Origin: a bacterium
GTDB taxonomy: Bacteria > Electryoneota > Electryoneia > Electryoneales > Electryoneaceae
Length of the DNA stretch: 64,000 nucleotides
Direction of reading: 5' to 3'
Assembly: GCA_963669175.1 (NCBI GenBank)
Contig: OY769902.1
Span: 288,001 to 352,000 of the forward strand
Shown here: one piece after another, positions 10,501 to 19,464 of the stretch
How positions within the stretch are numbered: position 1 is the stretch's first letter
Layout: each line of letters starts with the position of its first letter
Made by a program: the position numbers and the translations under genes
The notes under the pieces: generated by a model
Databases searched by the model: none
Seen by the model: the letters and a program-made list of their open reading frames with translations, nothing else
Told to the model about the DNA's origin: nothing

Positions 10501-12177
10501 ACCGCTGATCTCACGGTTTCCGTTCAAACGGGTCTGTTGAAGGATACTGTAAGGATCAACATGAAGTGTTGCTGATGCGCGGTCATCGTGGCTTTCGATC
10601 AGGTTCCGGTCATGCTGATTCAACGTAACCTGCAATTCACGGTTCCCACCAACACGTGTCGCTTCTCCACCTGTCAGGGTAATAATATCATCACCCATGA
10701 CAAAACTGATGCCGGTAAGCTCTACTTCGATCTGCAAGCGAACATCAAATACGATAAGAAGCTGGTTGGAATAAGCATTATAACTTGCCGCAGATGCTTC
10801 CGGGGCTTTATTGCTGCTTGATTCCGGCTCAGTCATCAAATCGCTGATGGTGAGTACGTTCCCATTACCGTAATCACTGACAATCGCGTTCTTGTTGACC
10901 TTAACCCGCAGGAAATGGCTAGGGTTAGACACAAGGTTGTCAATCATGTCTTCCAGGGCATGGGCATCGGGAACCAGCAATTCTATCTGGGCGCCCAGGT
11001 TGCCATCCACCAGGGTGGGAGAACCACCGTTGAGGTAGAACGAGTCTGCCACAACCGTAGTAGTGCCGTCCGTCGAGTATTCCTCGATCCAGATTTTCGG
11101 AATAACGATGTTGTAGGCAATTTCCGTATCCAGTTCCTGGTTGAACCAGATGGTCAGCTTATTGCTGCCCAAGTCATAGGACGCAGAATCGGCTGAAAGA
11201 GGTTCATCATCCGGAACCACCTCAACCGCAAGATCCGTCACCGGCAACACTGAGTTGTAGTCTGTATCGACAAATGTGTACGTCGGGCAGGTTACTGTCA
11301 GCGTTGACAGATCCAGAAGTTCAATCTGGTAGCGGAACGGAATGGGAAGATTGAGTTCCAGTACGGTTGAATCCATCTTGGTAATGTCATCAGCCGAACT
11401 CAGTGAATACTCGTTCCCTTCAGCATCTTTAAACAGAATCTGTGTCATCTGGACATTCTGCTCCATGTCCAGCACACCATTACCGTTTCTGTCTTCTTTC
11501 TGCGCGAAGGTATTATCCAGGACACCATTCCCCGGACCGGGCCAACTGGGATTCAGCGGATGTGCTTCCGCGACATCTTCAGCGATCTGGTCAAACTGGA
11601 CAGTACGATCAAATTCAAAACGGATGGTGTTCGTAAGCGCATTGTACTGCACATCAACCAGTTCTGTCGGATCGTTGTCTGCATCGTAATCAAGATCAAC
11701 CCAACCGGGCTCTGCGAACTCGTTATCCGGATTAATGACCGAATAACGTGGCAGGTATACTCGCATCGCATCATGGCTTAACATGGATTCGATTGTCTTG
11801 GTATCGGTATAATCATTACCCCAGCAATCGAACGGATGCTCGGTGCCATCAGCATCTGTGAATGTCCAGTTATCAATCACGCCACCAAAAATCAGCTTGA
11901 TCAGCACCGTTGTGCTCTGATCGGTGGTGTTCATGACTTCACCGCCACGGATCGCGTAATCTTCGCTTCGCCCACCGTCATCGTCGTCTATCAGAATGCC
12001 TTCAAAGATCACATCGCCTGGGCGTGTCATAACTTCCTGGTCGAACGTGATGCTCAGAATATTGGTGCCCTCGTTGTAGGACGCGCTCTGAGCCACGGGC
12101 GCTGCTGCGTGCCCGCATGCAGCCATCGCGAAAAGGACCGCAAGGACCAACGCCCGGTTTTTCCATGTCAACGACAT
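7564..12177 (-). CDS. large secreted multidomain protein: repeated beta-rich modules, peptidase M30-like domain lacking HEXXH, FlgD-like T9SS CTD
   Basis: Signal peptide; repeated 'ASYN...L.I.FD' modules; GYFRPDD..SNEAEL..LD; QNYPNPFNP..WDGR..SSGVYF CTD. Confidence 0.75.
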   Translation of the reverse strand: MSLTWKNRALVLAVLFAMAACGHAAAPVAQSASYNEGTNILSITFDQEVMTRPGDVIFEGILIDDDDGGRSEDYAIRGGEVMNTTDQSTTVLIKLIFGGVIDNWTFTDADGTEHPFDCWGNDYTDTKTIESMLSHDAMRVYLPRYSVINPDNEFAEPGWVDLDYDADNDPTELVDVQYNALTNTIRFEFDRTVQFDQIAEDVAEAHPLNPSWPGPGNGVLDNTFAQKEDRNGNGVLDMEQNVQMTQILFKDAEGNEYSLSSADDITKMDSTVLELNLPIPFRYQIELLDLSTLTVTCPTYTFVDTDYNSVLPVTDLAVEVVPDDEPLSADSASYDLGSNKLTIWFNQELDTEIAYNIVIPKIWIEEYSTDGTTTVVADSFYLNGGSPTLVDGNLGAQIELLVPDAHALEDMIDNLVSNPSHFLRVKVNKNAIVSDYGNGNVLTISDLMTEPESSSNKAPEASAASYNAYSNQLLIVFDVRLQIEVELTGISFVMGDDIITLTGGEATRVGGNRELQVTLNQHDRNLIESHDDRASATLHVDPYSILQQTRLNGNREISGLPITYTADPTPPIPLYVWYDFYDSKLVLEATTSLQEELVDFAKLTLAGITLSTPDSAITGDDDRLWVYVSSADREALNNLDDDLKFPFEAEMEAGFLMNWDGVSSLAYSDVLDNDTLTADTVSAQILLGYGRNFWVKAWETFPTDTRKIQASIRAISDHAYWYADNFMWRAIPYFNNVERFDSQDNTAWLYNQSGMDTAPLKVAEVEACVSYFEDAIPKDSTMGAYQKLINIMAGGNESVLSEKVSFLLTDVYDDFGMDGRNDSKAQFWKHGYFRPDDLPGSDDDYSNEAELVVLDCYPQSYIHGEMAYKWYDNDSEWQLADTTMANRGLRAIANLFTNYLIYKVDQFEEQWIQVGLAYVSEFIVDSPPNFYGQGEAKRLAGNNVLTFIGSDQNSRADAMFCYSFMLYLWEKYGGDDMISAIATSRRIGMEGIGTVIADHQSSLPSYLQGKEMIDIFLDYATANLLDTTYGDDNRIYALTNVNAGGGVLGTQFKWKPSSAKDRPPYSADCPDWGFSYYFSAYGEYDPNILVDGATDNLTVFAGEDAGTIRFRKVNLYASALDASLGDMYQVQDFSGDNWDDEKKCGAVPMSPGDGWIFGPDYADSTNFPTWVLIAAGGGDFMVTNETGNTAYARLFVAQNPVADLKLDFYVVSGRRIYDANGVEVPFVYATSEEDGGDTLAIFSEAENFTSVSYLTSTDSVKFVVYKTSGWMSEQSTMYWHVDGYLSNGEAISTPVVEVGMNLLPSGAPGRLELGDHLQLGTTAAAFDHNVWASVITLDDEVPEPLVAKIGTLPLDEQRTTVSKTFRIDADDAELHDPAWLTIQYDVETAGTQPVGVYMLYHDEWVYVGGAIDRDHGTISVPVSKLGTFKVMAGSPGDTPADLLVPTEYALQQNYPNPFNPTTTIGFQVPHTGQVNLTIYDVLGRQVATLVDQPMRFGSHRVFWDGRSEQGAPLSSGVYFVRMNAGSFQDVKKMVLVK

Positions 12178-12232
12178 ATCGTTGCCTCCTTGTTCAGCGT
12201 CTCACGTTAGTGACGTTCACCGCGTCGATCCG

Positions 12233-13219
12233 TTAGAAACGGAAGTGGACGCTGAATCGGTGGACGTAATCCAGTATGTAGTAATCGCTTACGGCATAAT
12301 CGATACCGAAGCCCTTCCACTCGGCGCCCACACCGGCCGACAACCCGAGCGTGTCATGGTTGAACGTGTATCCACCGCGCAGGTAGAACATCTTGTTGAA
12401 GCCGTATTCAGCCCCAAGATTGATGCGTTCAAGGTTGTCGTTGGGATGTTCCAGGTCCGCAGCGATCTGCAATACATGCGGCCCCTGGTTGTAGGGTATG
12501 GCTGACAATCCCATTTTGAAGGTCATGGGATACTGGTAGGGCAGGTAATCAGTCTGTGATGCTGAACGCTGGCCGTTATCATAGTCGTAGTAACCGCCGC
12601 CAAGCTGAACTTCCGGTCCAAAGTTGCGGATGTTCATGCTCAACATGACCGTCTTCCACTTCGTATCGTACATCGTGCCAACATCGACAACCCAGTTGGT
12701 AGCCACGCTACCGTCCAGGTCTTCACTGACTACCTTGAGATTAGCGCCGAAACTGAATTTGTCTGTCAACCTGGTAGCTGCTGAAACACCGGCAAGAAAG
12801 TCGGTCACTTCGAAATACTGGCCTGTACCTTCCGGCTGCATAACGGTTGTGCGTTCTATCTCGCCTGAATTCAGGGACGCTGCGAAAGCGCCCAAGGCCC
12901 AGCTATCGTTAAAACTGTGGCTTCCGGCGACAATACTGTAGTTGATGTCTGCCAGCCACTGAATATGTTCCACCATCACCCTGCTGTTCGTAGCATATAC
13001 CAACCCGGCAGGGTTCCAGAACATGCTTGTTTCATCATTACTGATCGCACTGAACGCATTCCCGATGCCGACACCCCTTGCACCGATCGGGATGTTCAGA
13101 AACAGGGTTCCGGCAGTTCCGACTTTGGCAATGTCTCCGCTTTCTGCCAATGCCACGCCGCCGGATGCGAACAGGATCGCCAACCCGATGGCGACGGCAT
13201 GCTTCAAAAGTGTACGCAT
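12233..13219 (-). CDS. PorV/PorQ family (UPF0164) outer-membrane beta-barrel
   Basis: FLNIPIGARGVGIG..A..FWNPAG motif; C-terminal Phe. Confidence 0.85.
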   Translation of the reverse strand: MRTLLKHAVAIGLAILFASGGVALAESGDIAKVGTAGTLFLNIPIGARGVGIGNAFSAISNDETSMFWNPAGLVYATNSRVMVEHIQWLADINYSIVAGSHSFNDSWALGAFAASLNSGEIERTTVMQPEGTGQYFEVTDFLAGVSAATRLTDKFSFGANLKVVSEDLDGSVATNWVVDVGTMYDTKWKTVMLSMNIRNFGPEVQLGGGYYDYDNGQRSASQTDYLPYQYPMTFKMGLSAIPYNQGPHVLQIAADLEHPNDNLERINLGAEYGFNKMFYLRGGYTFNHDTLGLSAGVGAEWKGFGIDYAVSDYYILDYVHRFSVHFRF

Positions 13220-13242
13220 GGTGTTCTCTCCTTTTCCGGCGG

Positions 13243-15717
13243 TTATCGCTTAATGAGGAATTTGCCGATGTGCTTGTCTCCATCGGGCGTTTCCACGACG
13301 TAGATGTACAGACCGGATACAACTTTCTGGTTGTTCCGGCTGATCATATCCCAGTACTCCGCCCCGGAAGTAGCATCCTCATGCTCAATTTCCTTGACCA
13401 GGTCGCCAGTCAACGTGAAAATGCTGATCTTGCACAACGGTGGCAGGAAGAAGAACGCCAAACGGTCTTCGTAACGGGATTCGAACAGGGCTGTACCTTC
13501 GTACGGGTTCGGCACGACCCTGACATCACTTGCTTTGCGGGGAGTGCCGTCATAGCCGTCATCCATCGTACCGGTTCCGTCATCAGTTTTGACGATTGCA
13601 TCCGGACGCGGAATAACCGGGTCCGGTGCGCCGGCAAGCGTCTTGCGGTAGTTTGATTTGGCAGACTCAATGGAAGACAGCCCGAAAGTAGCGATTTTGT
13701 CCGGGTCGTAGGCGACTACCGTGTAGTAGTACTTCAACCCGTTAACCGGTTCCGGAATGTCATGGAAGAATGTGATCGGGTTGCCGGATTCATCAACACC
13801 CATGAAATCGCCACCACGATCCGTGTAGGTATTGCGGACATCCGGTAAATCAACCAGGACGGTATCGTAGCCACCAGCCGCGATCGCTTCCTGGTAACCA
13901 TCTTCGAAATACGTGATAAGTTCACCGTTCACCCGGATCGGATTCACCATGTTTCCGTCCGTATCCTTTAAAAGAACGGGTTCATCGCGATTGTCGAAGG
14001 CGGCGATAATCTGCATGTTCTGCGCGTTGTACAAAGACCGGTATACCTTATAGCCTTCAAAGTCCACCGCGCCCAGGAAATTATCGATCTCGTTCTCCGC
14101 CGACTTGTCCCAGACCATATCCACGGCACGATCGGCGCCTGAATAATGCAAATCAGGAATAGGCGGTGGAATCGGCAGCAGGAAATGTTTGTCGGAGGCA
14201 ATGGCCTCATTGCTTGCCCCGGTAAATCCGGCTTGCGCTTCCACCGGGGATATAACCGGATCGCCAATCAGTGAATCAGGGCCCTGGTAATACGCGATGA
14301 CCGCGTTATCCAGGATTTCACGCATCCCCCCAATTCCCTTGCCAATACCGGTCACCATGACGAACTTTTTCGTTTCGCCATCCGCCCAACTGGAGAAGGG
14401 ACCGCAGGAAAGCATATAGCGGTAGTCGAATACTGGCGCGCCCGCTCCGTAGCGGAAGGGGTGAGGCATGAACTTGATCCCGTTCGACAGCGAATGGGTT
14501 CCTGTCATGTATTCGTACTTTTCACGATCACTGCCCGGGTCTGATTCCCAGTTCCACCACTGGTGGGAATAGGGACGGGGCATGGTGTCGTCTTCAGTGA
14601 GATAGAAAGGATCCTGCGGGATGTAAATCATCCGGGTTCCGATGAAACCGTCAACCGGCGTGGCATATGTTCTTTCACCGGTATCGTTTTCACCACTCTG
14701 CGGATAGTCACCGTCATACATGTAGCTGGTATTACGGCTGATCAGGTATCCCTTGAGTGTATCTCCGGTCGAAGCCTTTATCAGAACCTGGCCGTCAAAA
14801 TCGGTTCCCGGCTGACCGTAAATGGCGGGACCGTCTTCCACTTCATAAATCTGGTATTCATCCCAGACACCATCCGGTTCCGGGTCAAAGGACTCGGGCA
14901 TGTCTGCGTCTTCATACCCGTTTACGTATGGATTGAAAGGATTGGCCCGTTCCCAGCCCCAGACATCGTAGCCGGTATCGCCATCGTTGTCGAGATCAAG
15001 CGGGTCTACCCAGTCCTGGGTGAACATGTTTTCTTCTGCACCGGTCGCGGAACGCGCCCAGCCATCGTAATCCACCAGGTCGTCAATGTTCGGCTGATCC
15101 GGGTCGCCGCCCTCGCCGGCGCCGCAGTCATTGTCAAAAACCCACGTGACAAAAGCGCCGTTGATCGTGCCACCACTGACATTTTTCACTTCCATCAGAA
15201 TGACGAAGAAGTCGTCGTATTCCGGGATAGACCAGGTCAGCGCACGCTGGCTCATCTCGAAGCCAATCGGCGTATGACCGGAATAGTCCGTCATGTCATC
15301 ATAACGAACCCAGCCATCAAGAATGGACTTCGGACCGGCGCCGAAGTAGTAATACGATCCTTCGGTCGGGTCCAGCTCGTAGTTGCCGTAGTCTGCATGG
15401 CTGCAAAGGGGCTCACCGCCCACCAGCGCCGCAATCCAGAAACGACCTTCCCAGATATAGTTGATCGATGACCCACCCGGCCATTCACCGGAAGGCAGGT
15501 TCTCGTTCGGTTCACCGTAGTTCCCGAAATTGGAGATCGCTGTCCACAGGTTGCCTACGTCATGGACCTTGTACGTAGGATTGGGACGTGCAGATGTCTC
15601 CCTCACCGGTCCCTTGGGTCCACCCGATCCGGGCAGGACCGCCGCGATCAGGGGGGCGCTCAGGAGAAGGAGCGCAACGGTCACGGCGACAAGCGTGCGT
15701 AAACGCAAAGAATTCAC
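13243..15717 (-). CDS. secreted protein with variant T9SS-type CTD (TBDR/PorV-associated)
   Basis: GTG start after GGGGAGG; HDVGNLW..ISNFG N-terminus; DFEGYKVYRS; VVPNPY...GKFLIKR C-terminus. Confidence 0.75.
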   Translation of the reverse strand: MNSLRLRTLVAVTVALLLLSAPLIAAVLPGSGGPKGPVRETSARPNPTYKVHDVGNLWTAISNFGNYGEPNENLPSGEWPGGSSINYIWEGRFWIAALVGGEPLCSHADYGNYELDPTEGSYYYFGAGPKSILDGWVRYDDMTDYSGHTPIGFEMSQRALTWSIPEYDDFFVILMEVKNVSGGTINGAFVTWVFDNDCGAGEGGDPDQPNIDDLVDYDGWARSATGAEENMFTQDWVDPLDLDNDGDTGYDVWGWERANPFNPYVNGYEDADMPESFDPEPDGVWDEYQIYEVEDGPAIYGQPGTDFDGQVLIKASTGDTLKGYLISRNTSYMYDGDYPQSGENDTGERTYATPVDGFIGTRMIYIPQDPFYLTEDDTMPRPYSHQWWNWESDPGSDREKYEYMTGTHSLSNGIKFMPHPFRYGAGAPVFDYRYMLSCGPFSSWADGETKKFVMVTGIGKGIGGMREILDNAVIAYYQGPDSLIGDPVISPVEAQAGFTGASNEAIASDKHFLLPIPPPIPDLHYSGADRAVDMVWDKSAENEIDNFLGAVDFEGYKVYRSLYNAQNMQIIAAFDNRDEPVLLKDTDGNMVNPIRVNGELITYFEDGYQEAIAAGGYDTVLVDLPDVRNTYTDRGGDFMGVDESGNPITFFHDIPEPVNGLKYYYTVVAYDPDKIATFGLSSIESAKSNYRKTLAGAPDPVIPRPDAIVKTDDGTGTMDDGYDGTPRKASDVRVVPNPYEGTALFESRYEDRLAFFFLPPLCKISIFTLTGDLVKEIEHEDATSGAEYWDMISRNNQKVVSGLYIYVVETPDGDKHIGKFLIKR

Positions 15718-15739
15718 AATAAGTTCCTCCCCCACAAGT

Positions 15740-18700
15740 TTAGAAGTCAAACCCTATACCCATTTGGAACATGCGACCACGCTGGTAATACTGCGGGTCG
15801 TTGTACTTACCGTCCACATCGTAATCCGGGGTGCCATCGTTGTCGGCATCGTTCTGAGTGTACCACGCAGTATCCGCGTTCGTCTGGAAGTACCGTTCAT
15901 CTATGTTCTTCCGGTCAAACAGGTTGTAGACCTGCAGGTACACGTACATCCCGAAATACTGAGAGAAGTTGTGACGTTTCTGGATACGAGCGTCAAACGA
16001 CAGCGTGTAGGGAAGCCGTTGGTCGTTGATGGGTGGATCCTTATCCTTGGCAGGACTGGAGTAGGGTAACCCGCTGCCATAACGTCCAATCAGGGATAAG
16101 CTGACTTGCTCAAGTGGTTTGTCAAGATAAGAATACCCAGAAATGCGGGTATTCTTGGGAATCATGAACATGATGTTTCCGTACACGGTATGGCGCTGAT
16201 CCCAGTCGAGATAGCTTTCCGTGGTACGGATAACATTGCCGGCCCAGGCGTTTTCGTAATTCTGACGTGCGCTTGAAGCCTTACCCTTGGCAATCGAATA
16301 GCTGTAGCTGATGTTCGTAGAATAGAAGCTGCTGAACCGTTTTTCCAGGCTCAACTCGAAACCACGCACATTGCCGTAGTCAAGGTTGATGTACAGGCCA
16401 TACCAGTTGCGTTCGTTGTAGAACACCTGGCGTGTATCGGTCAAGCCGGTGATATCCTTGTAAAAACCGGTCGCTACGATAGCCGTGTTGGGATTGAACT
16501 GGTGACGCAGGGTCAGCTCGTAAGCTGTTGTGCGTTCCGGTTCAAGGTTCGGATTCCCGACAATCGGGAAGGCGCCGGAAAAGTCCCAGTTCACATTCGT
16601 AAACGCGAAGTTAAGAATCGGAATCTGGAAGTTCTTGCTGTAGTTGAACGACAGCAGGTCAAACTCGGTAATCGGGAAAGCCACACCCAAACGTGGTCCC
16701 CAGTAATACTTGGGATCAATACTGGTCGGATCTTTCACCTCACCGCCGATGCTGGCATCTACTACCGGGTCGGTAATGTCGGCCGGATAATCGCTCCAGT
16801 TGATGTCGAAGACATCCAGACGGACACCGGCATTAATAACCATGCCTTCAAATTCCATCTTGTCTTCAGCCCAGAAACCATATAACCGTGGCTTCGCCGA
16901 GAAGTTCTGACCATACACATTCCCGCCGGATGCCATATCGACATCATGGTCAAACAGTTCCATGAATTTCAATTCAAAACCGGCCTTCATCTGATGGTAC
17001 TTGTGCATCTGGCTGGTAATGGAACCGTTGAAGGTATTGATGATCTTGTAGTCGTTGTTCCAGCGGGCACGGTTGTAGGTCAAACCGCTGCCATAGGTGT
17101 AAAAATCATCGTTGTCCTTGGAATTGCCAAACGGCACGTCTTCCCAGGCCATCCATGTGCTCACAGCGCCCTTCTCTGAAGCATCGATGTAACCGTTGTC
17201 ATTGTCATCGGTAAAGAGATCATGCCTGGGGCCATATACATCCCAGTCCCAGATCTGGTTACCGTTCAGATCTTCATATTCATACACACCATTCTGGTTG
17301 AAGTCGAAGTAGTAGAAAGAAACCTTGTCATCCACTTCTTCGGCAGCGAGGTAGTTGCTGAACATGCCGAGTGAATCTGCGGGGATATCGTTGATGTCGG
17401 TATAACGAGGTTCAAGATCCAGCTCGCCGTTACCATTCGCATCCTCATTTATATATTCGTTGGTGTTATAGTGCATTTCGGTTTTATAACGAGAATAACC
17501 CAGTTCGTAGAAAGTTTTCTGGTTCAACGTGTGATTCCACTTTACCGCTAATTGCTCCGTATGATGAGTGAAGAACGGAACATGGTCCAGCATACGGAAA
17601 GCATCCAGGTTGTAATTGGAGTTCAAGTCTTCTGTATCCACCACCCCATCACCGTCGAGATCAACTTCATTGCCGTCAATGATCCCGTTGTGGTTCAGGT
17701 CTTCCGTGTCCACCTCGCCGTTGCCATACCATGGATCGCCGTTTGCATCCAGGTAAACATAGCCGGGGTCAAGGGTAGTACCGTCAGCCAGATAGGATGG
17801 CTGGTATTCCAGGAGGGCATCTTCGTTGGTGGTTTTGCTCCACATGTGGTTGTAATAACTGTACTGGGCGTTCGACACTGTACCACTGAAGGTCAGCTTC
17901 AGTTTTGGTGTGATCTTGTAGGTCAGCTTGGCGAAACCACTCGTAAGCGTGGAGTCGTCATTGTCGAAACGTCCACGTGTGTCGAAGTACTGACCGGACA
18001 TCAGGAAATACAGCTTGCCGGCATCCTTGAAGAAAGGAATCGGGCCACTGAGAGATCCCTGCCAGTCCTGTAGCCTGTCACGTTCGCCGATGAAGGTCTG
18101 GCCACCGCCCATGTCATTGGTACGAAGCGACATGTTGCCGTTAATACGATCGCTGCCTTCTTTGGTTACCTGGTGGACAACACCGGAAAGCGCATTGCCG
18201 TATTCTACAGACTGACCACCGGTGATCACACTGACTTCTTCGAACGCGACAGCAGGAACAAACCCTTCATAGGTTCCTGTCATCGGATCGATAAACGAAG
18301 CGCCGTCAATGATGTAGTTGACCTCTGTTGCACGACCACCGCGGAAATTGGCCCCGACAGCGCCAACGGTCAGCTTGACCACTTCTTTGATGTTCTCGAC
18401 CGGCAACATCGCCAGGTCTTCCGAGGTACGTGTGGTACGGCTGTCCGTAGCATCTTTGCGGATCATGGGACGTTTTGAAACGTAAACCACTTCTTCCGCT
18501 TCAATCACGGTTGCTTTTAGTTCGAAATCCACGCGTGTGGTTCGGTCCGTAGCCACATCAACATTGCTGTATGTGACCGCCCCATGTGTCACTTCGGAAG
18601 CTTTTACTTCGTAGATTCCCGGTGGAATATTCAGAATAAAGAACAACCCATCCAGGTCCGATGTAGCTCCCATAGTCGTGCCGAGAATCACCACATTGAC

Positions 18701-18832
18701 CATGGCCAGTGGTTCTCCCGTATCGGCATCAACTACCTTTCCAACGATTTTCCCTGTACCGGCCGCCAGGACGACTCCGCTCAGGCATAGAAGTACAAGG
18801 AGAACAGAAAACGAGTAGCGCAAACTTCTCAT
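15740..18832 (-). CDS. TonB-dependent receptor with carboxypeptidase-regulatory-like N-domain
   Basis: GKIVGKVVDADTGEPL, RGGRATEVNYIIDG plug, GNPNLEPERT, C-terminal F; start 18832 or 18853. Confidence 0.9.
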   Translation of the reverse strand: MRSLRYSFSVLLVLLCLSGVVLAAGTGKIVGKVVDADTGEPLAMVNVVILGTTMGATSDLDGLFFILNIPPGIYEVKASEVTHGAVTYSNVDVATDRTTRVDFELKATVIEAEEVVYVSKRPMIRKDATDSRTTRTSEDLAMLPVENIKEVVKLTVGAVGANFRGGRATEVNYIIDGASFIDPMTGTYEGFVPAVAFEEVSVITGGQSVEYGNALSGVVHQVTKEGSDRINGNMSLRTNDMGGGQTFIGERDRLQDWQGSLSGPIPFFKDAGKLYFLMSGQYFDTRGRFDNDDSTLTSGFAKLTYKITPKLKLTFSGTVSNAQYSYYNHMWSKTTNEDALLEYQPSYLADGTTLDPGYVYLDANGDPWYGNGEVDTEDLNHNGIIDGNEVDLDGDGVVDTEDLNSNYNLDAFRMLDHVPFFTHHTEQLAVKWNHTLNQKTFYELGYSRYKTEMHYNTNEYINEDANGNGELDLEPRYTDINDIPADSLGMFSNYLAAEEVDDKVSFYYFDFNQNGVYEYEDLNGNQIWDWDVYGPRHDLFTDDNDNGYIDASEKGAVSTWMAWEDVPFGNSKDNDDFYTYGSGLTYNRARWNNDYKIINTFNGSITSQMHKYHQMKAGFELKFMELFDHDVDMASGGNVYGQNFSAKPRLYGFWAEDKMEFEGMVINAGVRLDVFDINWSDYPADITDPVVDASIGGEVKDPTSIDPKYYWGPRLGVAFPITEFDLLSFNYSKNFQIPILNFAFTNVNWDFSGAFPIVGNPNLEPERTTAYELTLRHQFNPNTAIVATGFYKDITGLTDTRQVFYNERNWYGLYINLDYGNVRGFELSLEKRFSSFYSTNISYSYSIAKGKASSARQNYENAWAGNVIRTTESYLDWDQRHTVYGNIMFMIPKNTRISGYSYLDKPLEQVSLSLIGRYGSGLPYSSPAKDKDPPINDQRLPYTLSFDARIQKRHNFSQYFGMYVYLQVYNLFDRKNIDERYFQTNADTAWYTQNDADNDGTPDYDVDGKYNDPQYYQRGRMFQMGIGFDF

Positions 18833-19464
18833 GAGGCCACCTTTCCGTAACATGAAATGACCCTGTAAAGAAAAAAACTGGCTTAAATCACCTGGACTAA
18901 ACGGTGATCACCTGTAATGCAGGGAAAAGGGGGAGGCGTGTAGCGAAATAAAGCAAGTGTGCAGGAGGTGCATTAAAATAATACACCCCTGAAAACAGAG
19001 TGAAGCAGCAAATCAGGGCGCGTCTCGTCAAACTCTTAAAAAACAGGCGCACTTGTCCTAGCAGTCGCTTCCTCCAGTCGCCGGCAAAACTGGTATAAGC
19101 TTTGCTCAATAGTTTTTGGGTATGTCTGTCTTGTCAGCAAGCACCAACCATTAATACTTTACTAACGTGAATCCAGCAAATCAAGTGGTTTAATACAATA
19201 TTAACAGAAAGTAATTCCTGTGTCTGGTTTTTTCCCCAACCTTGTTTTTATTCTTCCCTGTTGCCACTTTATACCCTAAGTTATTGATAAATAATCAACT
19301 TTGGGGAAAGTATCATTTTGAGCACTTCGACACTGCCATTCTCTGTCTCACAAACAGGAACATACCTTTCATTTTTAACGTGGAGCTTTTGACAGAAAGT
19401 TTCTGTATATTGCTTACCACTTGAGTGTCAAAGAAACATCAGGATCATTTGCAAACATTGTCCG

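Noticed and set aside
14563-15471. Long antisense ORFs (also 33563-34477, 41909-42706, 60277-60996)
   Set aside because: Shadow frames of well-supported genes on the opposite strand
19137-19150. Sigma-54 promoter on the minus strand (TGGTTGGTGCTTGC)
   Set aside because: Only the GG/GC spacing matches; too weak without TSS data
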